Assembly (NCBI GenBank): GCA_001464695.1
Contig: LNDQ01000104.1
Coordinates: 4,748 to 68,747, forward strand
Direction: 5' to 3'
DNA from: Betaproteobacteria bacterium Ga0077523
Lineage (GTDB): Bacteria; Pseudomonadota; Gammaproteobacteria; Burkholderiales; Ga0077523
DNA: 64,000 nucleotides
This document shows, piece by piece, positions 9,361-18,125 of this stretch (its first letter is position 1; each line of letters begins with the position of its first letter). The notes under the pieces were generated by a model, which was given only the letters and a program-made list of their open reading frames with translations, was not told where the DNA came from and ran no database searches. The translations under genes and the position numbers were made by a program.

Positions 9361-12186
9361 ATGTTCTCCGATCTTGCGCTCGGTGCCCGATGCGATGCGC
9401 TGCTCGATGCGGGCAGTGGCCGTCCCATCGCTTGCGGACCGGGGGCATTGCAGGTGGTCTCTGCCACGGTCGAAGGCCGGCCGGTCACGGTCGTCGGTTT
9501 CGATTACGCGGTCGAACGAGGATCGATCGGTGCGCACGAGGCCGACCAGCTCGTGCGGGTCCTGAGGCGTGCGATGCAGGAACCGGTGCCGCTGGTGTTT
9601 CTGATGGACACCAGCGGTGTCCGCGTGACCGAAGGCGCTGAGGGCATCGCGGCGTTGCGCCGACTTCTGCGAGCGGCGCTCGATGCCCGCTTCGCGGGCG
9701 TGCGGATGCTGGCACTGATCGCGCGCCACTGCTTCGGCGGCGCGAGCGTGCTGGCGGCATCGTGCGAAGGTCGTATCGTGAACGCCCGGTGCATGATCGG
9801 CATGTCGGGTCCGAGGATGATCGAGTGGAGCGCGATCGACGGTCCTGCTCCGGCAAACGATGCCGACGCTGCTCGACAGCTGCTTGGCGGCGAGGCGCGA
9901 GCCAAGGTCTCCCCCGGGTTCGTTCTGATCGACGATGACGAGCAGGCCTATCGGACCGCTTTGTCGGAGTGGCTGCGTCAGGGGGCCGGCCGACCGGCGA
10001 ACGACGATCTGCTCGCTGAGGACAGGGCGCGTCTGCGTGAGCGACTGGTGAACGTGCGTCGATGGCCGCCCGCGGGTGAGGGCGCCGCGGTCGTCCTCCA
10101 TGGGGCGAATGCGTTCGTGGCAAAGAGCATTCTGGGCGATCGACACGAAGCCCGGCAATCGGGCGCGGTCCTGGATGCGTGCGCGAAGGACGGCAGTCGC
10201 CGCGTGCTTTACGGCTTGCTGGGCGGTGCCAAGGCCGACGCGGTCGACGTGCTGCGCCTCGCGGAAGCGCTGGCGGACTTGCCTGCGGACACCCGACAGG
10301 TCTCGGTCCTGCTCGACTGCGAGAGCCATTCCACCCGTGCAGCCGACGAGCAGGTCATCCTGTCCGAGTATCTCGCCTACCTCGCCCTGCAGACGCGGCA
10401 CCTGCATCGCCGCGGTATCCGCGTGACGCTCATGGTCACGGGTGTCGCCGGCGGCGGGATTCTCGCTGCTCTTGCCTGCGCTGCGAGCGAGGTCGGCATC
10501 GTGGCCGACGGCCGCCTGCGCGTCCTGCCGCGAGCGGCGCTGGCTGCCATCAACAAGTCGGGGGCCGCGTACGACAGCACGCCTGAGCATGCGGTCGCGA
10601 CCGGCGCAGTGGACGCGATCTTCGACAGCGACACCGAGCGCGCGAATGCGTCGAACGGTAACCGCAACTTCTACGCCGTGGTTGCAGCCCGGTGGGCGGA
10701 GCGGCCCGATGCCGAGTGCATCGAAAGCGATCGCGGCGTCTCGTACACGTTCGCGGACATCGACTGCCTGTCGGCGCAGTATGCCCATGCGCTGCTCGCA
10801 CTGGGCTGCATGCGCGACGACAGGGTCGCAGTTCAGGTGGAGAAGTCAGCGCAGGCGCTGGCGCTGTTCCTGGCGTGCCTGCGCGCCGGGATCATCTATC
10901 TGCCACTCAACACGGCATACCAGCCTGCGGAACTGGTCCAGTTCCTCGCCGATGCGCAGCCGCGCGTCTTCGTGTGTCGGGAGGAGCAGATCGATGAGAT
11001 GCGCGAGCTCGCACGCGGGGCCGGTGTGCCGCATGTGGCGGGGTTGAATCCAGCGGGGCTGGGATCGTTCGCCGAAGCCGCCGCCCATCGTCCGGTGCAT
11101 TTCGTCACCGCCGCCCGGTCCGAGGAGGATACGGCGACGATCCTGTACACATCGGGTACCACCGGCCGCTCGAAGGGCGCGATGCTGAGTCACCGCGCGA
11201 TGATCTGGTGTGCCCGGACGCTCGCCCGTTGCTGGGCGTTCAGCGAGCGCGATACGCTGCTGCACGCACTGCCGCTGTTCCACGGGCACGGTCTGTTCGT
11301 GTCGTCCTGTGTCGCACTGGTGTCGGGCGCCCGGATGATCTTCCATCGGAAGTTCGATGCCGCCGCTGTGCGGGATGCCTTGCCTCGTGCCACCGTGTTC
11401 ATGGCGGTACCCACGTTCTACCATCGGCTGCTCGCCGACGCGGCCTTCGATCGCGATTCGATTCGTGGGGTGCGCTTGTTCACCTCGGGCTCGGCGCCGC
11501 TGTCGGCTCAGGTGCACGAGGCGTTCCATGCTCGCACCGGATTTCGGATCGTCGAGCGCTATGGGGCGACGGAGACCATGATTCTGACGTCGAACCCGCT
11601 GCAGGGCGAACGGCGTGCCGGTTCGGTCGGAATCCCGCTGCCGGGCGTCGAGCTGCGCATCGCCAACCAGGAGGACCGGCCCTTGAGCATGGGTGAGGTG
11701 GGCATGATCCAGGTGCGCGGGCCTGGCCTTTTTTCGGGATACTGGCGCATGCCCGAGAAAACTCAGGAGGACTTTACCGCCGACGGATTCTTCCGGACCG
11801 GCGATCTGGGCACGGTTTCCGCCGATGGCTACCTCGAGATCACCGGGCGTGCGAAGGACATGATCATCAGCGGTGGCTACAACGTGTACCCCATCGAGAT
11901 CGAAGGCGTGCTCGATTCACACCCTTCGGTCGCGGAATCGGCGGTCATCGGTGTGCCGCATCCCGATTTCGGCGAGGCGGTCGTTGCGGTCATCGTCCCG
12001 AGCGATGCGAACTGCAGGGCGGAGGAACTGGTGTCGTGGGTCAGGACACGTCTCGCGAACTACAAAGTGCCGAAACACGTGGTGGTCATCGATCAGCTCC
12101 CGCGCAATGCTCTGGGCAAGGTGCAGAAGAACGTGTTGCGCGAGTCGTACGCGAGTCTCGGTCGAGGCGCCGCGGGCGGGGGGTAG
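9361..12186 (+). CDS. fusion of malonate decarboxylase MdcD-like and MdcE-like carboxyltransferase domains with a MatB-like malonyl-CoA synthetase
   Basis: N-terminal LLDAGS, DTSGVRVTEG, CFGG and GMSGPRMIE (MdcD/AccD-like); LLDCESH..EQVILSEYLA and GVAGGG (MdcE-like); C-terminal YLPLNTAY, YTSGTTGRSKG, ERYGATET, FRTGD and PRNALGKVQK (MatB). Confidence 0.8.
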   Translation: MFSDLALGARCDALLDAGSGRPIACGPGALQVVSATVEGRPVTVVGFDYAVERGSIGAHEADQLVRVLRRAMQEPVPLVFLMDTSGVRVTEGAEGIAALRRLLRAALDARFAGVRMLALIARHCFGGASVLAASCEGRIVNARCMIGMSGPRMIEWSAIDGPAPANDADAARQLLGGEARAKVSPGFVLIDDDEQAYRTALSEWLRQGAGRPANDDLLAEDRARLRERLVNVRRWPPAGEGAAVVLHGANAFVAKSILGDRHEARQSGAVLDACAKDGSRRVLYGLLGGAKADAVDVLRLAEALADLPADTRQVSVLLDCESHSTRAADEQVILSEYLAYLALQTRHLHRRGIRVTLMVTGVAGGGILAALACAASEVGIVADGRLRVLPRAALAAINKSGAAYDSTPEHAVATGAVDAIFDSDTERANASNGNRNFYAVVAARWAERPDAECIESDRGVSYTFADIDCLSAQYAHALLALGCMRDDRVAVQVEKSAQALALFLACLRAGIIYLPLNTAYQPAELVQFLADAQPRVFVCREEQIDEMRELARGAGVPHVAGLNPAGLGSFAEAAAHRPVHFVTAARSEEDTATILYTSGTTGRSKGAMLSHRAMIWCARTLARCWAFSERDTLLHALPLFHGHGLFVSSCVALVSGARMIFHRKFDAAAVRDALPRATVFMAVPTFYHRLLADAAFDRDSIRGVRLFTSGSAPLSAQVHEAFHARTGFRIVERYGATETMILTSNPLQGERRAGSVGIPLPGVELRIANQEDRPLSMGEVGMIQVRGPGLFSGYWRMPEKTQEDFTADGFFRTGDLGTVSADGYLEITGRAKDMIISGGYNVYPIEIEGVLDSHPSVAESAVIGVPHPDFGEAVVAVIVPSDANCRAEELVSWVRTRLANYKVPKHVVVIDQLPRNALGKVQKNVLRESYASLGRGAAGGG

Positions 12187-12206
12187 CAGGGGACGGTCGA
12201 TGGGGC

Positions 12207-13244
12207 TTACGCGACCGCCCCTCCGCAAGACGATCCTGCTCCGGCCGTGCATCCGTAGCAGTGGTTTGCCGTGACGATGCTTCGACCATCGAGCAGGGTG
12301 GCATCGAAGTCCCGAACATGTCGCGGCGCGCCTGCCGTCACCGGCAGGTCGAGCATCTGGTTGAAGTCGCAGTCGTACAGCGTGCCGTCCCAACCGACGG
12401 AGATGGTGTTGCGGCACATCACGGCCTGTGCCGCGGCCGGATTGAACGCGTTCGCGAGCCGCTCCATGTAGCCCTCGAGGTTGCCGCTGTCCACCAGGAA
12501 CTCGAGAAAGCGGCTGATCGGCATGTTGGTGATCGTATAGAGATTGTTGAACACGACGTCGTACGAACGCGCGAGCTCGCGCTTGAATTGCGCTTCGATG
12601 CTGTGCTGGGCCGGCGGCAGGAACGCCCCTACCGGGTTGTGCACGAGATTCAGAGTGAGGCCGCTGCCTTCGACCCCGTAGCCGAGCGCGTTCAGTTTGC
12701 GCAAGGCCGTGATGGACTTGTCGAAGATGCCCTCGCCGCGCTGTGCATCGGCCTGGGTCGGACGGAAGTAGGGCAGGGATGCCACGATCTCCACGCGCTG
12801 CTCGGCCAGGAATTCGGCGAGATTTTCCTGCGGTTTCACCAGCAGGATGGAGAGGTTGCAGCGATCCATGACGTGGCGCCCGAGTGCGCGCGCTTCCTGC
12901 ACCAGCCAGCGGAAGCTCGGATTGAGCTCGGGCGCGCCACCGGTGATGTCCAGGGTCGGGATGTCGGTTTGTGCCAGGGCGCGGATGCACAGCTCCGCCG
13001 TCTCGCGGCTCATCTGCTCGGTACGCTCCGGGCCGGCATCCACGTGGCAATGCCGGCAGGTCTGATTGCAGAACTTGCCGATGTTGATCTGGAAGATCTC
13101 GATGCGGGATGCAGAGAGCGGCGGGAGACCGGCGGCGGCGATGCGTTCGTCGAACGACGTCCACGGTCCGGGCCGTGCCAGCACTTCCAGTTGCGACCGG
13201 CTCGACGCAAGCGGTGCCCGCCGTGCGATCAGGGTTTGACCCAC
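12207..13244 (-). CDS. radical SAM/Cys-rich protein, ArsS (arsenosugar-associated) family
   Basis: CNQTCRHC, TGGAPE, YDCDFNQML and HCYGCTAGAGSSCGG motifs. Confidence 0.85.
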   Translation of the reverse strand: MGQTLIARRAPLASSRSQLEVLARPGPWTSFDERIAAAGLPPLSASRIEIFQINIGKFCNQTCRHCHVDAGPERTEQMSRETAELCIRALAQTDIPTLDITGGAPELNPSFRWLVQEARALGRHVMDRCNLSILLVKPQENLAEFLAEQRVEIVASLPYFRPTQADAQRGEGIFDKSITALRKLNALGYGVEGSGLTLNLVHNPVGAFLPPAQHSIEAQFKRELARSYDVVFNNLYTITNMPISRFLEFLVDSGNLEGYMERLANAFNPAAAQAVMCRNTISVGWDGTLYDCDFNQMLDLPVTAGAPRHVRDFDATLLDGRSIVTANHCYGCTAGAGSSCGGAVA

Positions 13245-13271
13245 GTCCTGTTCCTTTTCGGTGAGGGGCGA

Positions 13272-13604
13272 CTACATCGAGAGCTTTTCGGCCACGTTGC
13301 GCATCTGCACTCCGTGTACCAGCGAAGCGCCGCCGCGGATGGCGCACGCCACGTGTACCGCTTCGGTCATCTCCTCGATGTTGGAGCCCTGCTCCAGCGA
13401 TGCCTGGGTATAGGCATCGATGCAGTAGGGGCATTGCACCGCGTGCGACACGCCCAGCGCGATGAGCGCCTTCTCGCGAGCCGTCAGGGCACCTTCGGCG
13501 AACACGGCACCGTAGTAGGCCATGAACTTGTCCCACAGTTCGGTGTTGCTCTTGCCCATTTCGGCGAACTTGCCGAGGTCGTGCGGATGGTAGTAAGTAT
13601 CCAA
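13272..13604 (-). CDS. AhpD/CMD-family peroxidase-like partner of the ArsS-type radical SAM
   Basis: QCPYCIDAY and IRGGASLVHGVQM motifs; TTG start; adjacent to the radical SAM gene. Confidence 0.85.
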   Translation of the reverse strand: MDTYYHPHDLGKFAEMGKSNTELWDKFMAYYGAVFAEGALTAREKALIALGVSHAVQCPYCIDAYTQASLEQGSNIEEMTEAVHVACAIRGGASLVHGVQMRNVAEKLSM

Positions 13605-13753
13605 TCAGGTCTCCGTTGGGAAATTCCGTTGCTGCGGTGTCTGCGCTCGCGCCAAGGTAGCGCATCGAACTCGGCGCGCCAAGCGTCAATTGGAGGCTAC
13701 GCGGCGGACGCGCGATCGGATGCAGGTGAGGCCACATCGCGTAACATTCGTTC

Positions 13754-14582
13754 ATGATCCGGTCCCGGTTCGTCGATCTGGCCAACGGCCAGCGCCTGCA
13801 CGTCCTGGCGTCGGGCGCGGGGCCGCTCATGCTGTTCCTCCACGGTTTTCCGGAGTATTCGGGCATGTGGCGGCGGCAGCTCGAGCACTTCGGGCGGGAT
13901 CACCATTGCGTCGCCCCGGATCAGCGTGGACACAATCTTTCGTCCAAGCCGGCGGCGGTGCGCGACTACCGTGCGAAACCGCTGGTGCAGGACGTCGTGC
14001 AACTGGCCGATGCGCTCGGCCACGACAAGTTCACCCTGATCGCCCACGACTGGGGCGGAGCCATCGCGTGGAACGTGGCGGCCTGGCACCCCGAGCGGGT
14101 GGAGAAGCTGGTGATCGTGAACGCCCCCCATCCGATCGCGTTCCTGCGGGAGTTGCGGGTGAACGCCGCGCAGCAGAAGGCGAGCGCCTACATGACCCTG
14201 TTCCGGACCGAGCGGGCCGAGGCGGTGCTGACGGAGGACGGCTTCCGCCGCCTGAAGCGAATGACCATCGAGCAATGGGGCGCCAATGGCGGGGATGCGT
14301 CCGAGGCCGGCCATGCTGAACTGGTACCGTGCCTCGCCATTGCATCCGCCTGAACCGGACACACCGCTGCCCGACCTCGATCCGGCGACGTTCCGGGTGC
14401 GCGTGCCCACGCTGGTGATCTGGGGCGAGCGCGACCAGGCGCTGCTGCCCTCGATCCTAGACGGGCTGGACGAGCACGTGGACCAGCTCGAGATCGAGCG
14501 GATCGCCGATGCGTCGCACTGGGTCGTGCACGAGCGCGGCGATCGGGTGACCGCGTCGATCGAACGCTTTCTCGCGACGTGA
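13754..14582 (+). pseudogene. epoxide hydrolase-like alpha/beta hydrolase, frameshifted near 14310
   Basis: first frame has HGFPE and AHDWGG; second frame has MLNWYRA, IWGERD and SHWVVHE; the helix normally preceding MLNWYRA is missing. Confidence 0.75.
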
Positions 14583-14606
14583 GATGATCGGATCGATTCG
14601 TCCTGC

Positions 14607-14933
14607 GTGAGTCATCGAATGAACTGGTTTCGTCTCGCCGCCATATCGCTCCTGCTGTTGGTCGCCGTGTCGATCGAAGCCGCGCAGGATTGCAGCCGGC
14701 CCAAGAGCAACGTCGAACGCCTCATCTGTTCCAACGATCGGGTGAGCGAGGCCAACGAGCGCCTCGCATTCGCGTTTTTCCTGAAGTACCGGCGCACCCC
14801 CGACGACGAGCTGCGCGAGCGCATTCGGGTGGAACACCGCGACTGGGAGACGCGGGTGCGCGATGCCTGCGAGGACGTGCCCTGTCTGTTGCGCGCCTAC
14901 GACGAACGCACGCTCTATCTCGACCAGAACTAG
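14607..14933 (+). CDS. exported LprI-like Cys-containing protein
   Basis: signal peptide; DC...VERLIC and RDAC.DVPCL..AYDER patterns. Confidence 0.7.
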   Translation: MSHRMNWFRLAAISLLLLVAVSIEAAQDCSRPKSNVERLICSNDRVSEANERLAFAFFLKYRRTPDDELRERIRVEHRDWETRVRDACEDVPCLLRAYDERTLYLDQN

Positions 14934-14981
14934 GATGAAACAGTCATCACGCTCGGATTGGCTACGGCACACCAAAGAACA

Positions 14982-15083
14982 GCTCCCAACGCGGCGGACA
15001 CGGCGGACGCGGGGGAAACCTGAACACCCGATCTGTTTGGTCTGTGTTTCCGCCGCGTCCGCCGTGTCCGCCGCGTTGGGAGC
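14982..15083. repeat. long palindromic REP-like element, family A copy 1
   Basis: 38-bp arms gctcccaacgcggcggacacggcggacgcgggggaaac / gtttccgccgcgtccgccgtgtccgccgcgttgggagc; second copy at 52048. Confidence 0.85.
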
Positions 15084-15139
15084 CTTGGTGTCGCCGGTGC
15101 CTCTAGGCCCTTCTCGCGGGATGGTTCGACGACTCTGAC

Positions 15140-15862
15140 ATGAAAGTCCTGGTGAGCCCCGAGACGCTCGAGGAAGCCCGCGCGGCTTTCGAGGGTGGCG
15201 CCGACATCATCGACGTGAAGAACGTCGAGGAAGGTTCGCTTGGCGCCAACTACCCGTGGGTGATCCGCGAGATCGTCGAAGGGATCGGTGCCGGTGCGGT
15301 GTTTTCCGCATCCATCGGGGATCTGGGCCATGAACCCGGCAACGCAGCGCTGGCGGCCCTGGGGGCCGTGGTGAGCGGTGCGCGGTACGTCAAGGCTGGC
15401 CTGTACGGCGTGCGGTCGATCGCTGAAGGCGTCGACGTGATGACCGCGGTGCAGCGCGCGTGCAAGGAGCGCGATGGGGGTGTCACCGTGGTGGCTGCCG
15501 GCTATGCGGACTGGCCGCGGTTCGGCGGTATCGACCCGGCCGCGACCGTCGAAGTCGCCGCGGTGGCCCGCTGCGACGTGGTCATGCTCGACACAGCCAT
15601 CAAGGATGGTCGCACGTTGTTCGATGCGCTCGACGCGGCCCAGCTGCGTGCCTTCGTCGACGCCGGGCACCGTGCCGGGCTCGCCGTGGCGCTCGCCGGG
15701 TCCATCCGCTTCGATGACATCGCGCGCGTGGCTGCAACCGGTGCCGACATCGTCGGCGTGCGCGGGGGCGTGTGCGCTGCGAACGACCGGTCCGCGCGCA
15801 TCGATCTCGCGCGCGTGCGCCGGTTCACGCAACGCTGCCGAGATTTCGCTCGTGTTGCCTGA
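15140..15862 (+). CDS. mfnB: (5-formylfuran-3-yl)methyl phosphate synthase (methanofuran biosynthesis, Orf22/DUF556)
   Basis: GGADIIDVKN..EGSLGANYPW, MLDTAIKDG, LAGS and DIVGVRG motifs. Confidence 0.9.
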   Translation: MKVLVSPETLEEARAAFEGGADIIDVKNVEEGSLGANYPWVIREIVEGIGAGAVFSASIGDLGHEPGNAALAALGAVVSGARYVKAGLYGVRSIAEGVDVMTAVQRACKERDGGVTVVAAGYADWPRFGGIDPAATVEVAAVARCDVVMLDTAIKDGRTLFDALDAAQLRAFVDAGHRAGLAVALAGSIRFDDIARVAATGADIVGVRGGVCAANDRSARIDLARVRRFTQRCRDFARVA

Positions 15863-15915
15863 GTATTCAGCGGCCTTGATTGAGCCGTGCCCAGTCCCTG
15901 GACGTATCTCGGGCG

Positions 15916-16416
15916 GTGGGTGAGTCGGTCGTCCGTGCCTGGGTCGGCCTCGGATCGAACCGGGCCGCGCCGCAGGAACAACTCGCAAGCGCGCTCGCGG
16001 CCTTGGGCGCGCTGTCCGACACCCGGGTCCTGCGGGTTTCGTCGTTTTACCGCACTGCGCCGGTGGGTTACGCGGGCCAGCCGGATTTCATCAACGCGGT
16101 TGCTGCGATCGAAACGGGGTTGGGGCCGCGTGCGCTGCTGGACGCGCTGCTGAACATCGAACGCCGGCACGGCCGGGTTCGCACCATTCCAAACGGTCCG
16201 CGGACCCTCGATCTCGATCTGCTGATCCATGGCGACCAACGCATCGACCAAGCCGGGCTGACACTGCCGCACCCGCGCATGCACGAACGTGCCTTCGTGA
16301 TGGTGCCCCTGGCAGAGATCGCCCCGGCGCTGGTGCTTCCGGGGCGCGGCACTGCGGCCGATCTGGCGCGAGCGCTCATGGAGTCGCAGCGCGTCGAGCG
16401 CATAGAGCCGGGGTGA
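15916..16416 (+). CDS. folK: 6-hydroxymethyl-7,8-dihydropterin pyrophosphokinase (start approximate)
   Basis: VGLGSN, QPDFINAVA, GPRTLDLDLL and LPHPRMHERAFV motifs. Confidence 0.9.
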   Translation: MGESVVRAWVGLGSNRAAPQEQLASALAALGALSDTRVLRVSSFYRTAPVGYAGQPDFINAVAAIETGLGPRALLDALLNIERRHGRVRTIPNGPRTLDLDLLIHGDQRIDQAGLTLPHPRMHERAFVMVPLAEIAPALVLPGRGTAADLARALMESQRVERIEPG

Positions 16417-16484
16417 GGTGACGTCCCCCCCGATGGGCCTGCGGCCCTTCCCCCCGAGGGGGCCAGCCCTTTTGTGGGCTGAGC
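16414..16484. repeat. intergenic REP-like element, family B copy 1
   Basis: tgaggtga-cgtcccccccgatgggcctgcggcccttccccccgagggggccagccct...gggctgagc, closely matching 44506-44590. Confidence 0.8.
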
Positions 16485-16497
16485 TCCGGAGCGCAGG

Positions 16498-17082
16498 TCA
16501 GCGCATCTGATCGAGCGCATCGTCCGCCCCGGTGGCGATCGACCAGCGAAAGGTCTGTCCTGCGACGTAACGCGGGAAGCTCGGGTCCACGATGCCGGCG
16601 GTGGCAAGCCCGGCTGCGTCCTGTCCCATGCCATCGGGCACGACGCACGACTTCACCACGACCAGACGTGTTGCCGCCACGCGCGCCGCGAGCCATGCGG
16701 CGAGGCTGTCGGAAGTCACGTCCCAGGTCTGGGCAATTTCGGGAGCCACGGCCACCAGGGCGATGGGTGTCCATACCGGCGTCAGGCCTCCGTTCCAGGC
16801 GTCGGCGAACTCCGGCAGGGTGCTCGCGCAGACGAAGCCAGGCGTTGAATCTGTCAGAACGCGCCCGGACATCTCCATCGCCATCAACGCCAGGCGATGA
16901 GCTGTGGCGTCGCTGAAGCCGAGTTCGGCCTGCCCGGTGCGGACCGCGTCGGCAAAGATGCCACCGCCTGGCACGACGATGTGGCGCGTTCCCGGCGAGC
17001 GCGGCCAGCGCTCGAGCAATCGCACGGCCGCGTTCGACCGCATCAGGCTGCCGCCGATCTTGACGAGGACGATGTCGCTCAC
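16498..17082 (-). CDS. amino-acid-kinase family, MfnE/Orf21-like furan phosphate kinase
   Basis: VKIGGSL, VPGGGIFAD, AHRLAL.AM and WDVTSDSLAAWLA motifs. Confidence 0.85.
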   Translation of the reverse strand: MSDIVLVKIGGSLMRSNAAVRLLERWPRSPGTRHIVVPGGGIFADAVRTGQAELGFSDATAHRLALMAMEMSGRVLTDSTPGFVCASTLPEFADAWNGGLTPVWTPIALVAVAPEIAQTWDVTSDSLAAWLAARVAATRLVVVKSCVVPDGMGQDAAGLATAGIVDPSFPRYVAGQTFRWSIATGADDALDQMR

Positions 17083-18104
17083 GTCGCATCCAGTGCCAGG
17101 CGGGCGACCGCGTACGCCGGCCCGCAGACGTCCACCGCATTCGCATCGTCGGCAGCAACGCCGGCCAGGGTGGCGAATGTGATGAAGCGCCGGCCGAGTC
17201 GTGCCGCGAGCTTGGCCGCGAGAAAGCGCCCGACGCCGAGCCCCACCACCGGCGCATCGGCCGGGATGCAATTGCGCGCCAACTGGCGCTCGCAGGCCTC
17301 CAGAAGCAACTGTTCCTGGGCGCGTGCGAACCAGGCCGCGAGGGCGACCCATTGGGATACGGTAGCGTCCGCAGCATCCAGCCCGACCATGCGCGCGAGC
17401 CGTGCGGTGCTTTCCGCTGGCGATTTTCCGCGCCCGTCTGCCGTGTCCGCGTGGTCGAACGCGGCGTCGAGTTCACCCGAGATCCGGTACACGTCGGCCG
17501 AGGTGGCGAAGTACTCCGCCATGACGCCCACGTCGCGGCCCCCGAAGGGGACACGCTGGGCCAGCGCCATCAACGGCGTGCGGACGACACCGGAGTAGAC
17601 CAGCGTCCGTGCGGCGAGCCGGTCGTGGTCGTTTTGCGACGGGTCGACCGGCGTTCCGTTGGCCACCAGCATGAGGTCCGTGGTGGTGCTGCCGACGTCG
17701 AGCACCAGCGCAGCGTCGACGAGTCGCGCCGCCAGCAGCAGGGTCGCGCGCCAATTGGCGGATGCGACGTCGTGCCAGCGCGTGCGTGCGACATCCGTGC
17801 CGGTGAATCCGGTACCGGCGAACACCATCGCATCGCGCCGGGCGACGACACGCTCGAAGGTGTCCAGGATGGCGGCCACGCCGGCGGCACGATTCGGGAA
17901 ATGGTCCACCAGCTCGCCCGTCATGGTGAGCGCGTGGCGGTGCGTGTGCGCATCGCCCGCTCCCAGTGCACGCAAGGCCTCGGCGAGTTGGTCGGAGCCA
18001 AGCCAAAGGCGGCACGGTGTCTGCACCGCTCGCACCAGGTGCCCTTGTTCGTCGAGGGCTGCGAGCTTGACGTGTGCCCCGCCGAGGTCCCACCCGAGGA
18101 TCAT
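17079..18104 (-). CDS. hydantoinase/oxoprolinase-family MfnF/Orf9-like protein
   Basis: GWDLGGAHVK, TMTGEL.D, DVGSTTTD and EYFATSAD motifs. Confidence 0.85.
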   Translation of the reverse strand: MILGWDLGGAHVKLAALDEQGHLVRAVQTPCRLWLGSDQLAEALRALGAGDAHTHRHALTMTGELVDHFPNRAAGVAAILDTFERVVARRDAMVFAGTGFTGTDVARTRWHDVASANWRATLLLAARLVDAALVLDVGSTTTDLMLVANGTPVDPSQNDHDRLAARTLVYSGVVRTPLMALAQRVPFGGRDVGVMAEYFATSADVYRISGELDAAFDHADTADGRGKSPAESTARLARMVGLDAADATVSQWVALAAWFARAQEQLLLEACERQLARNCIPADAPVVGLGVGRFLAAKLAARLGRRFITFATLAGVAADDANAVDVCGPAYAVARLALDAT

Positions 18105-18125
18105 CGGAATGCGTGCCCGAGCCCG

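Noticed and set aside
12207-12240. Possible selenocysteine in the radical SAM C-terminal GSSxGG motif
   Set aside because: The codon is TGC (Cys) and the gene ends at TAA.
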